Part shown: one piece after another, positions 39,849-54,140 of the stretch | Position numbering within the stretch: position 1 is the first letter of the stretch | How the letters are laid out: each line of letters begins with the position of its first letter | Assembly (NCBI GenBank): GCA_028023455.1 | Contig: JAQFVV010000009.1 | Span: forward strand, 12,524,001 to 12,588,000 | Reading direction: 5' to 3' | Length of the DNA stretch: 64,000 bases | From: Epiperipatus broadwayi | Lineage: Eukaryota; Animalia; Onychophora | The notes under the pieces: model-generated | The model's database searches: none | What the model saw: only the letters and a program-made list of their open reading frames with translations | Told to the model about the DNA's origin: nothing | Program-made: the position numbers and the translations under genes

Positions 39849-42334
39849 CTAGGTTGATGATATTGCTTTAATTTCATTTTTTTAAAAAATAACTTTTTCA
39901 GAAATAAAAACAGTTTTTTTTTTTCAGTAAAAGTTATCAAAAGTTTGGAAATCATTTTCAAAGACAATAATCTTAAGTCTATAAAGATATATACTCAACT
40001 TTTCATTTACACAATGGAAAAAAAAATCTTATAATATTAATATAATCTGAAATAATAAACTGAAGCATATATAATTATACATTATGCTACTTAGGAATAA
40101 CTGTAGGCTATATCATATTATTTTCATAAACTGTCAAAAGTTAAATATAAAATAATTTCTAAAAGTCATCCTCTTGGAAAGTTGACTTCATTACTTATGT
40201 TTGTGAGATGCTTCCTTAGTAATTAGCATATTTTACTGATAAATATTATGCCCCTCTTTGGAGAAAAATGCCTGCACTAAACTTCTAGATGCACAAATAA
40301 ATATTACTATGAGAAATATTACAGGCACAATAAATCTGTTCCTTTATAATAGATTTCTATCATTTTACATATTCTTTCATCATCTTACATATTCTTTCAA
40401 CAGATACAGAAAACAAGTTATCTCATAGAAAATATATAAAAACTATGAAGTAGATGAAACTTACCATTAAGTTAAAATTTAGTTCAACCAATTAATACTT
40501 GTCTCAAAATAAGATCTCCTTTCTGGATGCTCAATCAAAAATCCTTTCAAACAATTGAAGAATTATAATGTAAAAAATAAACTTTTTGTGGGATTCCAAA
40601 TAAATTTCTTTTCAGGAGCACTTGGATTGGATTCTAGATATTATAAATCTATCAACAGATTCATGACCAGGTGAGATTTAGAAAGGGAATTTGATAGCGA
40701 CAACCTATATATCAACATGGTAGATACAAATTATGAAACACATTATTATTAACTGTCAAACCTTGATGAATAGAGTGAAGGATTAAAGGACTTAATAAAG
40801 CCACTGGTGAATTTATATCCTGGATGAATCTCTACAAATTCCTTTATAATATTTGTTAACTGTTAGCTATTCAAAAAAAAAAAATCAGTATAATAAATAA
40901 TATGTGGAATATATCCTGAAATTGTAGAATTTGTCTCATTTCAATGGAGCAATTAATTATTTATTTGTTGTCAATGTAATTAATTATTTATTTGTTGTCA
41001 ATAATCTTATTTGTTACTATTTTTCTTTAATAATTATATTCTTGATTTATTCTCATTTATCATCCATAATATTCAAAGCCTAGATTTTTAATCACTTCTT
41101 TTACTTGTTTTTCCTAGACATTGCTTAATAAGATTCATTTGTTAAATTTTTGTTTCAAAATGTGTTGTTTTTCCCCCAGCTGTGTAATTCTATTAATTGC
41201 AAGTGCTCTCATCAATAGTTTTGTATTGATGACAAATATGCTGATGTTTGTTAGTTTTATCATGAATCAATGACTTGAGAATTTTATTTTATAATTTTAA
41301 TACATGAGGCATATATCTTCAAACATTTTGGCCCTGTTGCACTGTAAGGTATTCTCATATGATGTAACTTGTATAAATCATTAAAATAGAGCATTTGTCT
41401 TTCCTTTATGTGTAAAATATGTGAGAGAATTTAATTAGGACCAGAATATATATATAGTAGGTTATATTTTTTTTAGGAATCAATTTAAATTTGAATTCAA
41501 AGTTATTAATTTTTTTAAACTTCATGCCATATTAGGTGAATGTGTACATGAATTCAGGATTTGAACATAAATATGTAGGATTTTGGTGAGCATTTGAAGA
41601 TTGAACTTCATAAATATATGAATGATATGACTTGCTACTATTGAATTAAAGTTTTTAAAAAACTTGGTTATATTTTCTGTCTATTTAAGTCTGACTGAAT
41701 CTTGTTCTTTGCATTTCCCTAATTAGGAATCTTTTTTTCTGGCAACAATAAAACATACCAATTCTATAAAACAATTTTGTCTAGATACTTTGAATATATT
41801 GTAATTGTCAACATTTTCAATAGTTCAGGTTTAAACTTAAACCACAATATTTTGATTTAAATTAGGTGATAGATAGGTTTAACAAAGAATAATTTAATAA
41901 TAAACATTAATTTATTATTTAACAAAGTCCATAGTCGATTATGAAATGATATATAAGTACTACAGTATGAGTTTGAACCCAGAACCAATAAGACACACAA
42001 TATATATAAGATATTCAATGATTGATCTGCACATATATAATGATAAATGTAAAAATATTCTACTACATGTATCTGTGAATCTCATAAATCCTGGTTTAAA
42101 AGAATATAATTATATAAAACAATGAAATACTTCAAACAATATTTTATTTGTTTTAGGTTTCAATAAAAAGAAACTCCAGACACAAAACCTACTCAACAGA
42201 GAAAGTTTACTAAGCATGTGCGTGTTGAAGTTATAATGTTTTAACTTAATTATAAACAAACAACTGGATTGATAAAATAATAATTTAACAATTTATTAAC
42301 AAAACACATGTACGTTGGTTATATTTATAGATTA

Positions 42335-42625
42335 GTGATTCCAAATGTAGATATAAAATCAAGCCCATCAAGACAATTAATATATTTTCAGTTTTTAAGT
42401 CTATATTTGTGATTCCAATTGTAGATATAAAATGAAATAATTTCAACAGTTAATATATTTTCAGTTTTAAGCCTATACTAATGATTCACAATGCAGATAT
42501 AAAATAAAACATATCACAACAGTTGATAAGTTTTCAATTTTAAATCTATAATAGCAATTCCAAATGTCGATATAAAATATAACATATCATAATGATTAAT
42601 ATATTTGCAGTTTTTAAATCTAAGG
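42335..42625. repeat. Minisatellite, ~4 diverged ~73-bp units
   Basis: The motif gtgattccaaatgtagatataaaat...ttaatatattttcagttttaag recurs at 42335, 42409, 42481 and 42554. Confidence 0.85.
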
Positions 42626-43479
42626 TCTTTTAATATTATAATGTTAATATCTTACAAGTCAAAATATCTAGTCCTCAATCATGGCTATTCATATATTGTT
42701 TTTATTTTTTCTGTAATTATGGTCATCTTCATAACTCCTCAAGAGTAGATTTCTTCTCCTTGTATGCTGGATATTTGAAATAGTTATATCAGTATAGTTG
42801 TGTATCACATGTAAAATATCAAATAGGTCTTTAGCAATTTAGTATCATGGTCCATTTTTGTTCATTTACTGGCTTTGAGAAAGTAACAATCTAGTTCCAC
42901 AGACTTTAATGTTATTTACTGAAATGGACGATTACTTAGAATCTTCTGATTATTGAGCTACTTTGTTTTCTAGCCTTAAATAATCCACTATTTAGGAAAA
43001 CATTATTATAGTTTCTGCTATAGGAGTTGCAATTTTAATTAGTGACAAGGCAAAATATTTTATCTGCACATCTCACTTCAACACTGCTTTAACATATAGC
43101 TTGCAGTTTGAAATCAGGAAATCAGCACTAGAATGAAATTGACATCAGAATGAATGACTGCATAGTTAGTAAATCTTGAATTTATCCCTTTTTATACCTC
43201 TCTGTTATTTTCCTATCTCCTATCTATGTCATTTGCCATCACTTAAACCATAATGCAAACTATCTGCATGTGTTTTTGTAACTTTATAAGCATTCAAACC
43301 ATAATGTAGACCACCCTAAAATCTTGGACCCCATAATAAAAATATTCCCTTGTTTTCTTCTAAAACATGTGGATGAAACAAGCTTATTTACAATATCATA
43401 TTATTTTATATTGAAAGAAGAAAGAAATAGCTGTTTGTTTTCTTTTATTTATCTAACTTTGTTCCAATGAAGGTAAATA

Positions 43480-46400
43480 TAAAATTCTTTGCCACGGCCA
43501 ATGAACCACAAACAGATATGGTCATTCCTCAGGCTATATAACTTCTATGCCCGTTATCTATAAGAATCTTGCCCAAGACTCCATGGCCATGTTGAACCTG
43601 TTACCTAAAGATAACTGGTGGTGATGGGCAGGAGAGCAAGTTCCAGAAGATAAAATAATGCTTTTTGGCAAGAAGTAAGGCTCCACCACCCTGATTTTTT
43701 CCTACCCTTTTATCTTGAAACAAATAGCAGCAAGGAAGGGTTAGTCACCATCTCATTCCAGAAATGATACAAAGGTGAACATAAGGTACTATACTTTAGC
43801 ATCTAAATGCTAAAGAATGCAGAAAGGCAATATATGGTGATGGAGCAGAAGATCTTGGCCATCATGTGGGTCTGCTGTAAGTTCCAGCAGTTTTTACTGG
43901 GATCAAAGATAATTATTATCACAGACCACCAGTGCTTGGAATACCTGAATAAAGGCTATCTCATGAATGATTGCTTGATACGATGGAGTCTATTCATGCA
44001 AAGGTTTGACTACCAGGTGGTCTATTGCCCAGGAAGGAGAATATGATAGCCTATATGCTCAGCTGACACCATAACCCCACAAAACTCACTGGAGAGACCC
44101 ATTCAATAGTATATATAGAGACTGCTGTGGATAAAACTGTAGAATATGATCTAAGGGACCTGAGGATGTTGCAACACGATGACTCCAAGTACAGACATAT
44201 TATGCAATGACTCAACACAGCCCATAGCAAGGAAACAGACCATCACCAGGACATTGACCCCAGATACAAAATAGAGGGAGGATTGTTGATGGTAGTATTA
44301 AGAAAGGAGTGGAAGATAGCAGTGCCACAGAGCATGGACACTATGGACCTTGGAAAATATAGGTCACAATACAAAGTCAATTTTATTGGGAGAGGATGTA
44401 CTCAACCATCCTCTCCCCATTGAAAAACTGCCAAGTATGTATACAAGCAAAGTCACCTAACTTCTCATACGCAGAAAAATGATGCTGATCCTACCTAGTA
44501 GGCCAAATAAACTCCTAACCATTGATCAATATGGACCGTTACCATCTTACAACTGCGGAGGTTCCTTTTGGTAACCTATGATGTATTTTCCAAATATGTG
44601 GCAGGGTACACGGTATCCCACAAAGATTCCAGGAACATTATATGCCTCCTTCAGTGCAAGCAGTTCATTAATGTAGGCAAGCCTCAAACTATATTGTCAG
44701 ATCATGGGACAGCTTTCACTATCCACCAGTGGGGATCCTGGTTGCAGCATCAATAAGTTCAACATATTCTCACATCTATCAAGAGCCCATAATCAAACAC
44801 ATGTGAGTCATGAGGAAATTAAACTGGCTCTTTCCAAACTTGCATAGGGCACAACCACTGTGAGTGGGCCAGACAGATGCCATGGGTAATACATCAATGA
44901 GTCTGTCAATGAGGCAATGGGCTTCACACCCATGCAGTTACACTTCAGAAGACCAGACTGCAACCTGTTGATGATTAATCTTCTGGTGACCCAGGAACCC
45001 TTGAATACTAAACAAAACCAATCCAAGGCATGAGAAAGGTTAATGTGGATAGCAGAAAGGAGAAAGAAAAGAGGGGCACCAGAAGGGTACTAGGTGGAAC
45101 ATATGCAACACAAATAAGTAGTCAGATGCAAAACCAATTTAAAAATTCTGTCCCTTATATATGGGACCCTATGTGATAAGGAAGGATTATGGGGGAAATA
45201 TATTTTTATTGGTATGATCCAAGGGAATAAAGAGTACCTTTAATGCCTGTGCTCTAAAACCTTATCAATACAGACTGCAGAACACAGAAGGAGGACTATG
45301 ATGGTAAGAAAGGTGAGCCAGTTGATCTAGAAACTATGAACAGTGTTTAAATTGTGTATATAGACATACTAAAAACAATTAACAAGTCTTCACTCACCTA
45401 TGGCAAAAGGGTAAAATAAGTTTTTTTGCAGATCAACTGGACAGATATGAAGCATTGCATATCTACCAGTAGATATACTTGCTTCATGTTACTTTAGTTT
45501 TAACCTATCTCCCAGTGTATAAATGATTTATTTAATAAGTAAACTCTCATACCTTAGAAATAAGCATGTGTGGGTGTGTGCAATTGTGACATAGAAAGGG
45601 TTATAAGTTTAGTCTTTAATCAGGCCAAGCAATCTTAAGTAAAAAGAAAATATGTTTCATTGCTAAAATTTGGCTAAATTAAAATGTTAATAAAATTAAT
45701 AAAAGCAGAGATTAAAATTGTTAAAATGAATAAACAATGGGGAGAGTAGTTTGTAAGAGATTAAGTGCTGTACCCCTCTGGCATTACCAGAATAGTTGCA
45801 GTTTGACACATGTACATCCTGTACACAGTAAGTATATTATTAAGAGAAAATAAGAAACAATGTACAAGAAACCAAATTAGTGATAGAGACGCATATATGA
45901 ATGTATACACATTTAATGGAAGACAGATCTAAATCTACCACCCATTTCAGAAAAACACTGCAGGCAAAAGCACGAGTATATAAGAAGAGATAGTCACATT
46001 GTTTGTTATTGTGATTATTATTAATTAATAAATTTTGCTATTCTATTAAAATTTTTGAGAGAGATCTGTTCATTGAAGTATTTGTAATACCTTGAAGTGG
46101 AGCATATTAAATTGAGAAGAAAGAGCTTACATTGAATGCTAACTCAATATAGAAACAGTGTGCACAATACCCATTAAAATGTGTGAGTATATCAGCATTA
46201 GCTTCTCTGGGTCATCATAGCAGGGAGCTCAAGAATGCTGGTAAAATTTATATTTGTTTAATGAATAACTGTAACTGAATTTAATCAAAACACTATTATT
46301 TGGTCTTAGTTTATATAATCTATATGTGTTTTTTTTTTTTTATAATTATTAATTCAGTTTGCTGGTTACTTGTTAAACTGAATATTAAACATTTATTTAT

Positions 46401-46616
46401 TATTTGTGTTAATGTCTTTACCTTGAATGATGGAGGGAATCAAAATTTAAATTATAAACATTATTTATGCTTCTTCTTGACTCTCTAACTCTCTTGGGAT
46501 AGGCTGAGTCAAGAAGACACCAAAAGTTATTATTAAATAGGAAATTTAAAGAAAACTAGGACTAAAAGATATACTATTAATTAATTTCAGAGTTGTGCTC
46601 TTGGCCATCCATTACA
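43480..46616 (+). mobile_element. 5'-truncated Ty3/gypsy relic: RT thumb, RNase H, integrase, PPT and 3' LTR
   Basis: KQIWSFLRLYNFY (RT end). AERQYMVMEQKILAI...ITDHQCL...LIRWSL (RNase H). IDQYGPLP and DVFSKYV...KPQTILSDHGTAF (rve integrase). YMGPYVI (GPY/F module). Many stops and frameshifts. Confidence 0.92.
45752..46616 (+). mobile_element. Probable 3' LTR of the gypsy relic
   Basis: A polypurine tract ggggagag (45739-45746) precedes TGTAAG, and the segment ends in TTACA (5-bp inverted termini). No 5' LTR is available to confirm it. Confidence 0.55.
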
Positions 46617-46928
46617 AGGACTAATTATGCTAATCTGCATTATATATATAATCATGTAAAAGGATGGTGAGCAGTTATTTTATAATACATAAAATAAATA
46701 ATTATTTACATGAAAGTACCTTGAACTTATGTATATATATATATAACCGAGCAGCCGCTGAAGTTGATAAATTTCCCAATAATAAGATTGTAAATAACCT
46801 CTAGATTTTGTCATAGAGCGGATAAATACTCATAAAAAATAATGATGGTAATAATGAAGTAGTTTATTTCTAATCCAGGTATTTTAAATATGTTATTATT
46901 ATTAAAGATTAGTATTAAAGCAAATATA

Positions 46929-47013
46929 TATGTGTAAATGCTTCCATCAGTAAACATTGTTAGAACTGATATATGTGTAAATGCTTCCTCAGTAAACATT
47001 GTTAGAACTGATA
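46929..47013. repeat. 43/42-bp tandem duplication
   Basis: tatgtgtaaatgcttcc(a)tcagtaaacattgttagaactgata occurs twice. Confidence 0.9.
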
Positions 47014-47267
47014 AAGCATATGTATCCATAGAGAGGATTGCCATTCAAATTAAACTCATAGATAGCCTAAACTAATTGTCCACCCATTTTGAATATATAG
47101 CTTTTATTAAATTAATATTAGTAAATCTTACTGCTATAAAATTAATAACACTTGTGTGTGGGTTAATATATAGATCATATTTACTCATAGTTGACTGGAA
47201 TTCATATTATTAGTTATTTGGCAATTGTTTAATACCACACGAACCCGATTAAGTCTGTATACTTTTC

Positions 47268-47299
<32 letters not shown>

Positions 47300-50099
47300 G
47301 TGCTGGCTGATAATCCCAAGATGAAGGTTTAATTGATTCTCCTTCATATCTTCAGTCAAATGATATAATGACAGACTGCCGGCCAGATGCCCAGGAGGTT
47401 GATCTTCAGATGTACCCTGGTTTGGGTCCTGCAGGCACTCGAGAGTTCCTGTGACCCCAAATCCCAGATTTTAATGCTTTCTTGGCTCATTCTCTCCAGA
47501 ACTAGATGTGTATATGGTTAGAAGCAGATACACCTTTGTGACTTAGTGCATCAATTTCAATTGGAACCACTGCATCAGATCGCAAAACAAATCTAGTATT
47601 CATGATAATGCATTGGTCTGAGATTACTGATGGTACCACTATCCTAATACATTCCTCCAAATTAGCTATCCTAAACCAAGTTAGTTATCTCCAGACACCT
47701 AGATTTGAACCCACTTGCAAGTCACCAAATAATATATATGCAAGTAAATGTAGATAGAATAGATGGGCAAACTGTAACATTAAATCTTTAATAAGACACT
47801 GTCTACATATGTAACTGTCACCATTCCTACCCACATAATAATCAGAAAGCCTCTACCACTACATATTAACATTTAATCACATAAATTATTTAGTGTAAAT
47901 AAAATCATAATCTTTAATGTAAATTGCTAGTTGTCTCATCTCAAATTTTATAGATGCACATCATTTTTTTAAATATATCCAGAATAATTGTTATGTAACC
48001 TAATATAGATCAATATTTATACATTCATGAGAATTAACAGTGGAGGTAAATCTAGGAGTTATCTTGAGTTTTAAGTGGAGAGCCATGCAAAACTCCGAGA
48101 TAGAAATTCATGTTCGATCCTTGAGCTAAATTGTGGTATACAGAAGGTTAATCTGTGTGTCATCAAGAATTTTTGTTATGTGGTTGAGGCTAGGAAGCTC
48201 AGGTAGGGGTTTAAATCCAGGGACAATGGTAACTTTGCATCAACTGATTGAAGGTTCTGGTTTGGTCTTTCGGTCTTGTTAATGGACTATATAATTTGAT
48301 CGGTACAATATAAACACAGAACTGATAAATGCTAGTATGACCATTTGAAATGAAAATTGTAATATAAAGTGATGCTGACAACTTATTTCATTTATTTAGA
48401 AGATATAATTACTCATACACACACAAAAAGTTATAATAATTGTTTTAGAATAAATATATACAATGAATAAGCATATACAGAATAACTAAATTAAAAAAAC
48501 TTAATGGTTAATTTAACAGAAATAAATTACAATGCAGTAAATGTATTATAATGGCTTGTGAAGGCCTTTTCTATTTTCTTTTTGTTAAAGTTTCAAAAGA
48601 AACAGTCTTACCATGTTGTATATTTTATAACTTCCATCTATAAAAACTTGTGACACTTTTTCTTTCAATTTATTCAATTTAAATATTCCATTTTCAAAAA
48701 AAAAAATGACAGGAGTGCACATTTTTCATAGATATTGTAATTAGTTCAGGATTATGGCATTAAAGTCAAGCTCAAGTAGTTTTCAGAAGATTAACTTTAT
48801 GAGCAGTTGACCTTAATTATTTTGTCTTTTGACCAGTTTACCCCATAGTGAATTTTTTCATATTATATGTTAAAATGCATGTAAAACAGTATATTTTAGT
48901 ATAATAATTTTTTTTCTGAAAATTGTGCAGAAAAAATTCCCACTCTTACAATAGACATTGCTCCACCCTGACATGTTCAGCCATTATCTGTTGCCAAGGC
49001 TGTAAAACATTCAGCATTTTACGACATTGTAGTTTCCAATAATGCAAAAACGTGTTTATTTGTGAATTTATTATGCTTTTAGATATTTTTTAAAAAATAA
49101 TTTGCACTATATTTATTAGATATCAAGAAATAAAAATTATTAATAACTTATTTTGACTTGAGATACTTTATTTTCAAAAATATAACATTATATTAGCAGC
49201 TAATGTAAATATGGCCTGAAGCAAATTAGAAAAGTAGCTATGACATAAACAATCTACTTTATATTTATGAGTAAGAAAATATCACAATTTTTGCAATAAA
49301 TATTTAAAAAATTTGAACTTTTAAATCATAATTCATTAAGTATAAGACAAATAAATAATTATTCATTTCAATGTGTTAAAAATAATCAGAATTTAAAAAT
49401 TTTGTTGATTTTATAAAGTGAAAATAATCTTTCTAGAAATGATGATGTATAATGTCTTTGTTTTGATTGCGATCTCATTTTTTTTATATCTGCAGAAACA
49501 AAATATGAACATTTAAAATTTATTTCAGTAGTAAACAAAGATATCTATCAAAAGAAGTCAAATTTGTTATTTTCTGATAAGCAATAATCATTTTATCATA
49601 TATTTTATGTTGATGTGTGAGACAAAGAAAAATGTCAGAAAATGCTGAAATGTGAGGCTTTACACTGCATTTTGGAATGGTTAATACATAATTATGCTAG
49701 GCTGGTACACTTTAAATTAATTGGCAATGCATTTTTGTGCCTATATCAACAAATAATAATTATAATTCATAAACCAAAAGTTTTTGTTTTTAGTAATGGT
49801 GATTTATATTTAATGCATCATAGCAATATATTTTCCCAACACAACAATATATTTTTCAGCCACAGTTATATTTCACAAAGAATAAAGTTTCTCCTGCTTT
49901 TTTCAATAATTAGCACTACACTAATTTTTGTTTAATCTTCTACTCCAGTGCTAATGAAAAGAATGTTATGTTTCCTTCTGAAGTCTTTTTTAAAAAAAAA
50001 TTCTACATTTTTTTTAAAATACAAAAATACATAATAGATTACTAATTAAAAATATCTAATAAATTTGAAAGTTTTTTTTATTTTCTTTTAATTACTAAC

Positions 50100-50385
50100 A
50101 CAAATCAGATTTGGAGATATATTTTTTGTTATCTATAAATGTCATCAAATTAACTTTTAAAAAAATTATTTCAAGCCCTTTTGCTTCAAATTAAATGCCC
50201 TTTCATGAATTAAATTAAAATTGATTTTAATAAATGTTATAAATTTTATTTATCTTTATTTGTTTATTTAACCCAAGTAAGATGTTTTTATGCATCTCAC
50301 CCATGCACATACATACATGTACATTCAAAAAAATAATAAATTTAAAAGAATTTTAAATAATTTTCATAACTCAGCACATGCTTAC
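50100..50385. repeat. More diverged partial third copy of repeat X (right end)
   Basis: ccaagtaagatg...aaaagaattttaaataattttcataactcagcacatgctt matches 18610-18730 and 28005-28130. Confidence 0.6.
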
Positions 50386-50460
50386 AATATCAACAATGTA
50401 TGCTGGTTTACCACTTTTTCAAGCTGCTTATTATCAGAACTACAATATATATATATATAT

Positions 50461-50682
50461 AGCTCTAAATAAGCTTATTTATTTTATTTTTTATGATAAA
50501 TGCTACAAGTGAAAGTACCTAAAACCTTTATCTATGATGGTACCCAATCCCCAGACTGGTATCGAGCTATAGTTCTCTTCAGTTCGGTCTTGGGATGGGG
50601 ACCATCATAGATAAAGGCTTCAGGTACTTTCTCTTGTAGAATTTATAATAAAGAAATAAAATAAATAAGCTTGTTTAGAGCT
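50461..50682. repeat. Long palindrome HP2
   Basis: 96-bp arms (50461-50556 and 50587-50682), roughly 85% complementary, with a 30-nt loop. Confidence 0.9.
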
Positions 50683-51243
50683 TTTAGCAGGCTCTTTTTA
50701 TATTACATATTGGTAATGCAAGCTATATAAGTTAATGGTTTTGATATTGCACATAAACAAGTGAGCTTAATAAGATTGTAAGCTTACCCTTACAATAACT
50801 TGTTCTGCATTTTTATTAATACTTTATTTTTTTCTTTCTTCAAACAAATTGCATTCAAGTAATGCTTAATATAATAGGAAATTTTTTTTTCATTAATTTA
50901 ATATTTCACCAACATTTTTATCGATTAATATATCATATAATTATTTATTGCCTAATTATCCATATTTTTCATTTTCAAAACAGTAGTCATTACTTAATTT
51001 TTTTCTTCCACAGCATAATTTATAAACAAAGCAATTAATATATATTTTAAAATATAAAAATTGGGTTTAATTTAAAATTATGAATTGTAATTTTTTATTA
51101 TGACAAAAACATTGTTTTTAATAAAGTAACTTTTTATTTTAAATCATTTAAATAATTTAAATTTTCTTACAATGAAGTATTAATTATTTCCTACTTCTAC
51201 TTTCTCATACTAACATTAAAATAGTATTTCAATATACCTAATG

Positions 51244-51569
51244 CAGGGGTCCCCAACCCAATGCCTGTGGGCACCATGGTGCCCACAGACCATTTTACAT
51301 GTGCCCGCTGCTATCCGAATATGATAAAAAATTATTTATCTGATACAAATAAATTTAATTTTTAAAATTTCTTATAAATTATTGTATTATATTTTAATCA
51401 AATTGTAGGGCATACTATACTTTATTTTTGAAATAAATATTTTTTTGTACATTATGTGTATTATTAACAATATCCAACTATAAATTTACATTGAAAAAAT
51501 AAATGGTGCCCGCCACCTGGCCGGTATTATAGAATGTGCTCTTAAGTGCAAAAAGGTTGAGGACCCCTG
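51244..51569. mobile_element. hAT (Charlie/Buster-type) MITE
   Basis: TIRs caggggtccccaacc / ggttgaggacccctg with 1 mismatch. Perfect 8-bp TSD ACCTAATG. Confidence 0.93.
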
Positions 51570-52573
51570 ACCTAATGCATATAATAAATAATCAGATATC
51601 ACAATTTAAATATACATCTGAAAACTATTAAGAATGGGCAAACACATTTTTAATTTCATATTTATAGATTCAGTAAAATTTTTGATAAAGCTTCCATTTA
51701 TCAAAGTTAATTATGTTAACGAAATAAGAGAAATTTTATTTCAGATAGTATTTAATTTATAACTGACCCTAGATATATATTAACTTTAAAATATATTCTT
51801 ATTCTTTATCAAGACCTTATAAATATATTATAATAAATTATTTGGTATTTTAAACAATTTTAATAAATCACAATTTTAAAATTAATTAAGAGAAAATTCT
51901 AAGAGATCTTATTGCAATATTAATAAGCTTAAGGTAAATATTTGAATGATTAATTTTCCAATTTCAAAGTTTTGAGAAAATTAATAAATTCAAGAAATTT
52001 TTGAAATAGTGATAAAAGCAATCATTTCTGAATGTAAATAATTTTATCGGTAATATTTTAATTCTTAGATATGGTAGTGTAATTTTGATTTTTAAATAAA
52101 TTTTTTATTCTCAGTAAGCCTTTGTGATGAATATAAATTTATTCTTGCTAGTTTCTAGCTCATATTTTAAATAAAAATTATGGAATACTTCTGTTTTTCT
52201 AGATTGGAAATATATTTTTTGATTAAATCTTTTAAATATATTTTTATTGTTAGAGATATGTTGTAAGCCATTTATCAAAGTAGGGTTTCAGTTTGCAAGA
52301 AGAAAAAAAAGAATCTTAAAAGTTATTTGAAGAATCTTAAAAGTTATTTACTTAGGTATTTGTTTTAAAAAAAATAAAATTTTTTTTATTGTCATTGAGT
52401 TTCAGAAATTTAGTGCTTCACTTTTCTGATCGGGACATGGCTCTGTTTTTTATATACATTACATAAACAAATGAATTTTCTCCCTTAATAGTTTCTACAT
52501 CTGGCAAGCTTTTCTAACTAATTGAGATATTGTACTGGTCAAAATCGTGTGTTCATTCAACAAGACCTAGAAT

Positions 52574-52720
52574 TCAAGCAAAAGTACAGCAATCTAGCAT
52601 GTGCGAGATACACAGGTCTGGAACAATACTAAATGCTAACTTATTTACCTGTGTTCCAAGATCTATGATTATATGAGTAATGCTTTTGAGGATACTAACA
52701 AGTTTTCCATTATTCCAGTC
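52574..52720 (-). CDS. Candidate cassette or terminal exon (72-nt DWNNGKLVSILKSITHIIIDLGTQ; reads through to a stop at 52574)
   Basis: Long polypyrimidine acceptor tctttgctcttcctgttctcattaccag|. Donor CAG|GTAAAT at 52649. Only phase 0 is open. Confidence 0.35.
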   Translation of the reverse strand, partial: DWNNGKLVSILKSITHIIIDLGTQVNKLAFSIVPDLCISHMLDCCTFA

Positions 52721-53868
52721 CTGGTAATGAGAACAGGAAGAGCAAAGAGATTTAAAATCAACGATACTAAAGTGATTGACCAATAATCGCAAAGAAATAT
52801 AACAATTGCAGAATGCTCCGATTACAACTATTGTTTGGTGATTACAAAAAAGAATAAATTATCAATCAATAATTGGATAATTGTCAATTAATAATTTCTT
52901 AACCATTCACTTAATGATAATAATAAGTAATTTATGACTTATCAATAAACTAAACAATGATAGAGACTATTGCTCAATGATATTTAATATCTTAGCAGTA
53001 ATAATATTCAAAGCAACATGAAACAAATGGAAGTCTAACTGATAATAATTAATGATATTTTATTAATTAGGGAGAGGTAATATAATTAAATCAAGTGGTT
53101 AATCTAGAGATTCAGCCACGGAATAGCAATATACTGTAACACAGATAAATAATAACATAAACTTATTAAACAATTAAATACGGTAGTTTGATAATTATAA
53201 ATGAAACAAAATATATGTATATGTGTAAGACCATACATATCATTGTTACAAGTTTACTTATGGTCTACTCTGAAATTGTGCATCTTGGCAGCTTAATTAA
53301 ATAAGTCATTTGAAAGTTACATAAAATAAATATTGGGCTAATATATAATTATGCGGTAATACATGAAATTTGGTTGGTGCGGTTAATACGCCAAGGTTTA
53401 TGGAATAAATGAATCAGATAAACAATAATAAATTATAGCTTAATCATCATCAGAATATCATGAATTTACATATAACAGATTTTATTACTACATTATACAT
53501 GTAAGTAATAGTTGATTATGTGTGATTTTCAGAGCGTGCATGATCACATTTCTACTAGATTTGGGAGATCACCTTGAATGGGCAGGAACAAGATGGTTCA
53601 GTCTAAATGAAATTGTAATTACATAATCAGACCTAAATAACTAAATAGATTGGTTGGTGAAAGGCATACAATTATGTTTTACAGATAGCATTGCAGGTTT
53701 ATCAATAAAATAATAAAGCCGGTATTACATTATAATTTACAATCACCTATGTGAATGGGGTCAGTTAAAACACTCTGGATGGCTTTATCAGAGTGAGAAT
53801 ATGCCTGAACAAGGGATAAGGAACATATCTCTGAAAAGTAGTAGTACAAGCTAGCGTGTTGGGATGGT

Positions 53869-53973
53869 TTATCCATATTTTCCCATACACTTATCCATTG
53901 GAAGTATCTGAAATAGATCTTCAGTAGGAAAAGCATCTACCTTGAGGAAGAATGAGGAATGAGTCAGGGTATT
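53869..53973 (-). CDS. Candidate exon (NTLTHSSFFLK|VDAFPTEDLFQILPMDKCMGKYG*)
   Basis: Acceptor ggaaccttcag|. Possible donor AAG|GTAGAT after 33 nt. A second in-frame acceptor ctatttcag| at 53907. Confidence 0.3.
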   Translation of the reverse strand, partial: NTLTHSSFFLKVDAFPTEDLFQILPMDKCMGKYG

Positions 53974-54140
53974 CTGAAGGTTCCAATGTGCATGGCAAAG
54001 CAAGAAAATCAATGAATTAAATGATTGTAATGATACCTTCATAATGCTTGTAATGTATGGATAATTCGTGTCACTAACGACTATGACAAACTATTGAGAA
54101 TCACATGATCACCATCTCTTATACTAGCACATAATTGTTT

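Noticed and set aside
40616-40670. Plus-strand exon candidate (ALGLDSRYYKSINRFMT) and plus-strand microexon 54779-54791
   Set aside because: The splice sites are good but isolated and on the opposite strand to most candidates. Chance cannot be excluded, so they remain unresolved.
46811-47044. ORF with an internal peptide repeat (SVLTMFT x2)
   Set aside because: It is produced by the 43/42-bp tandem duplication.
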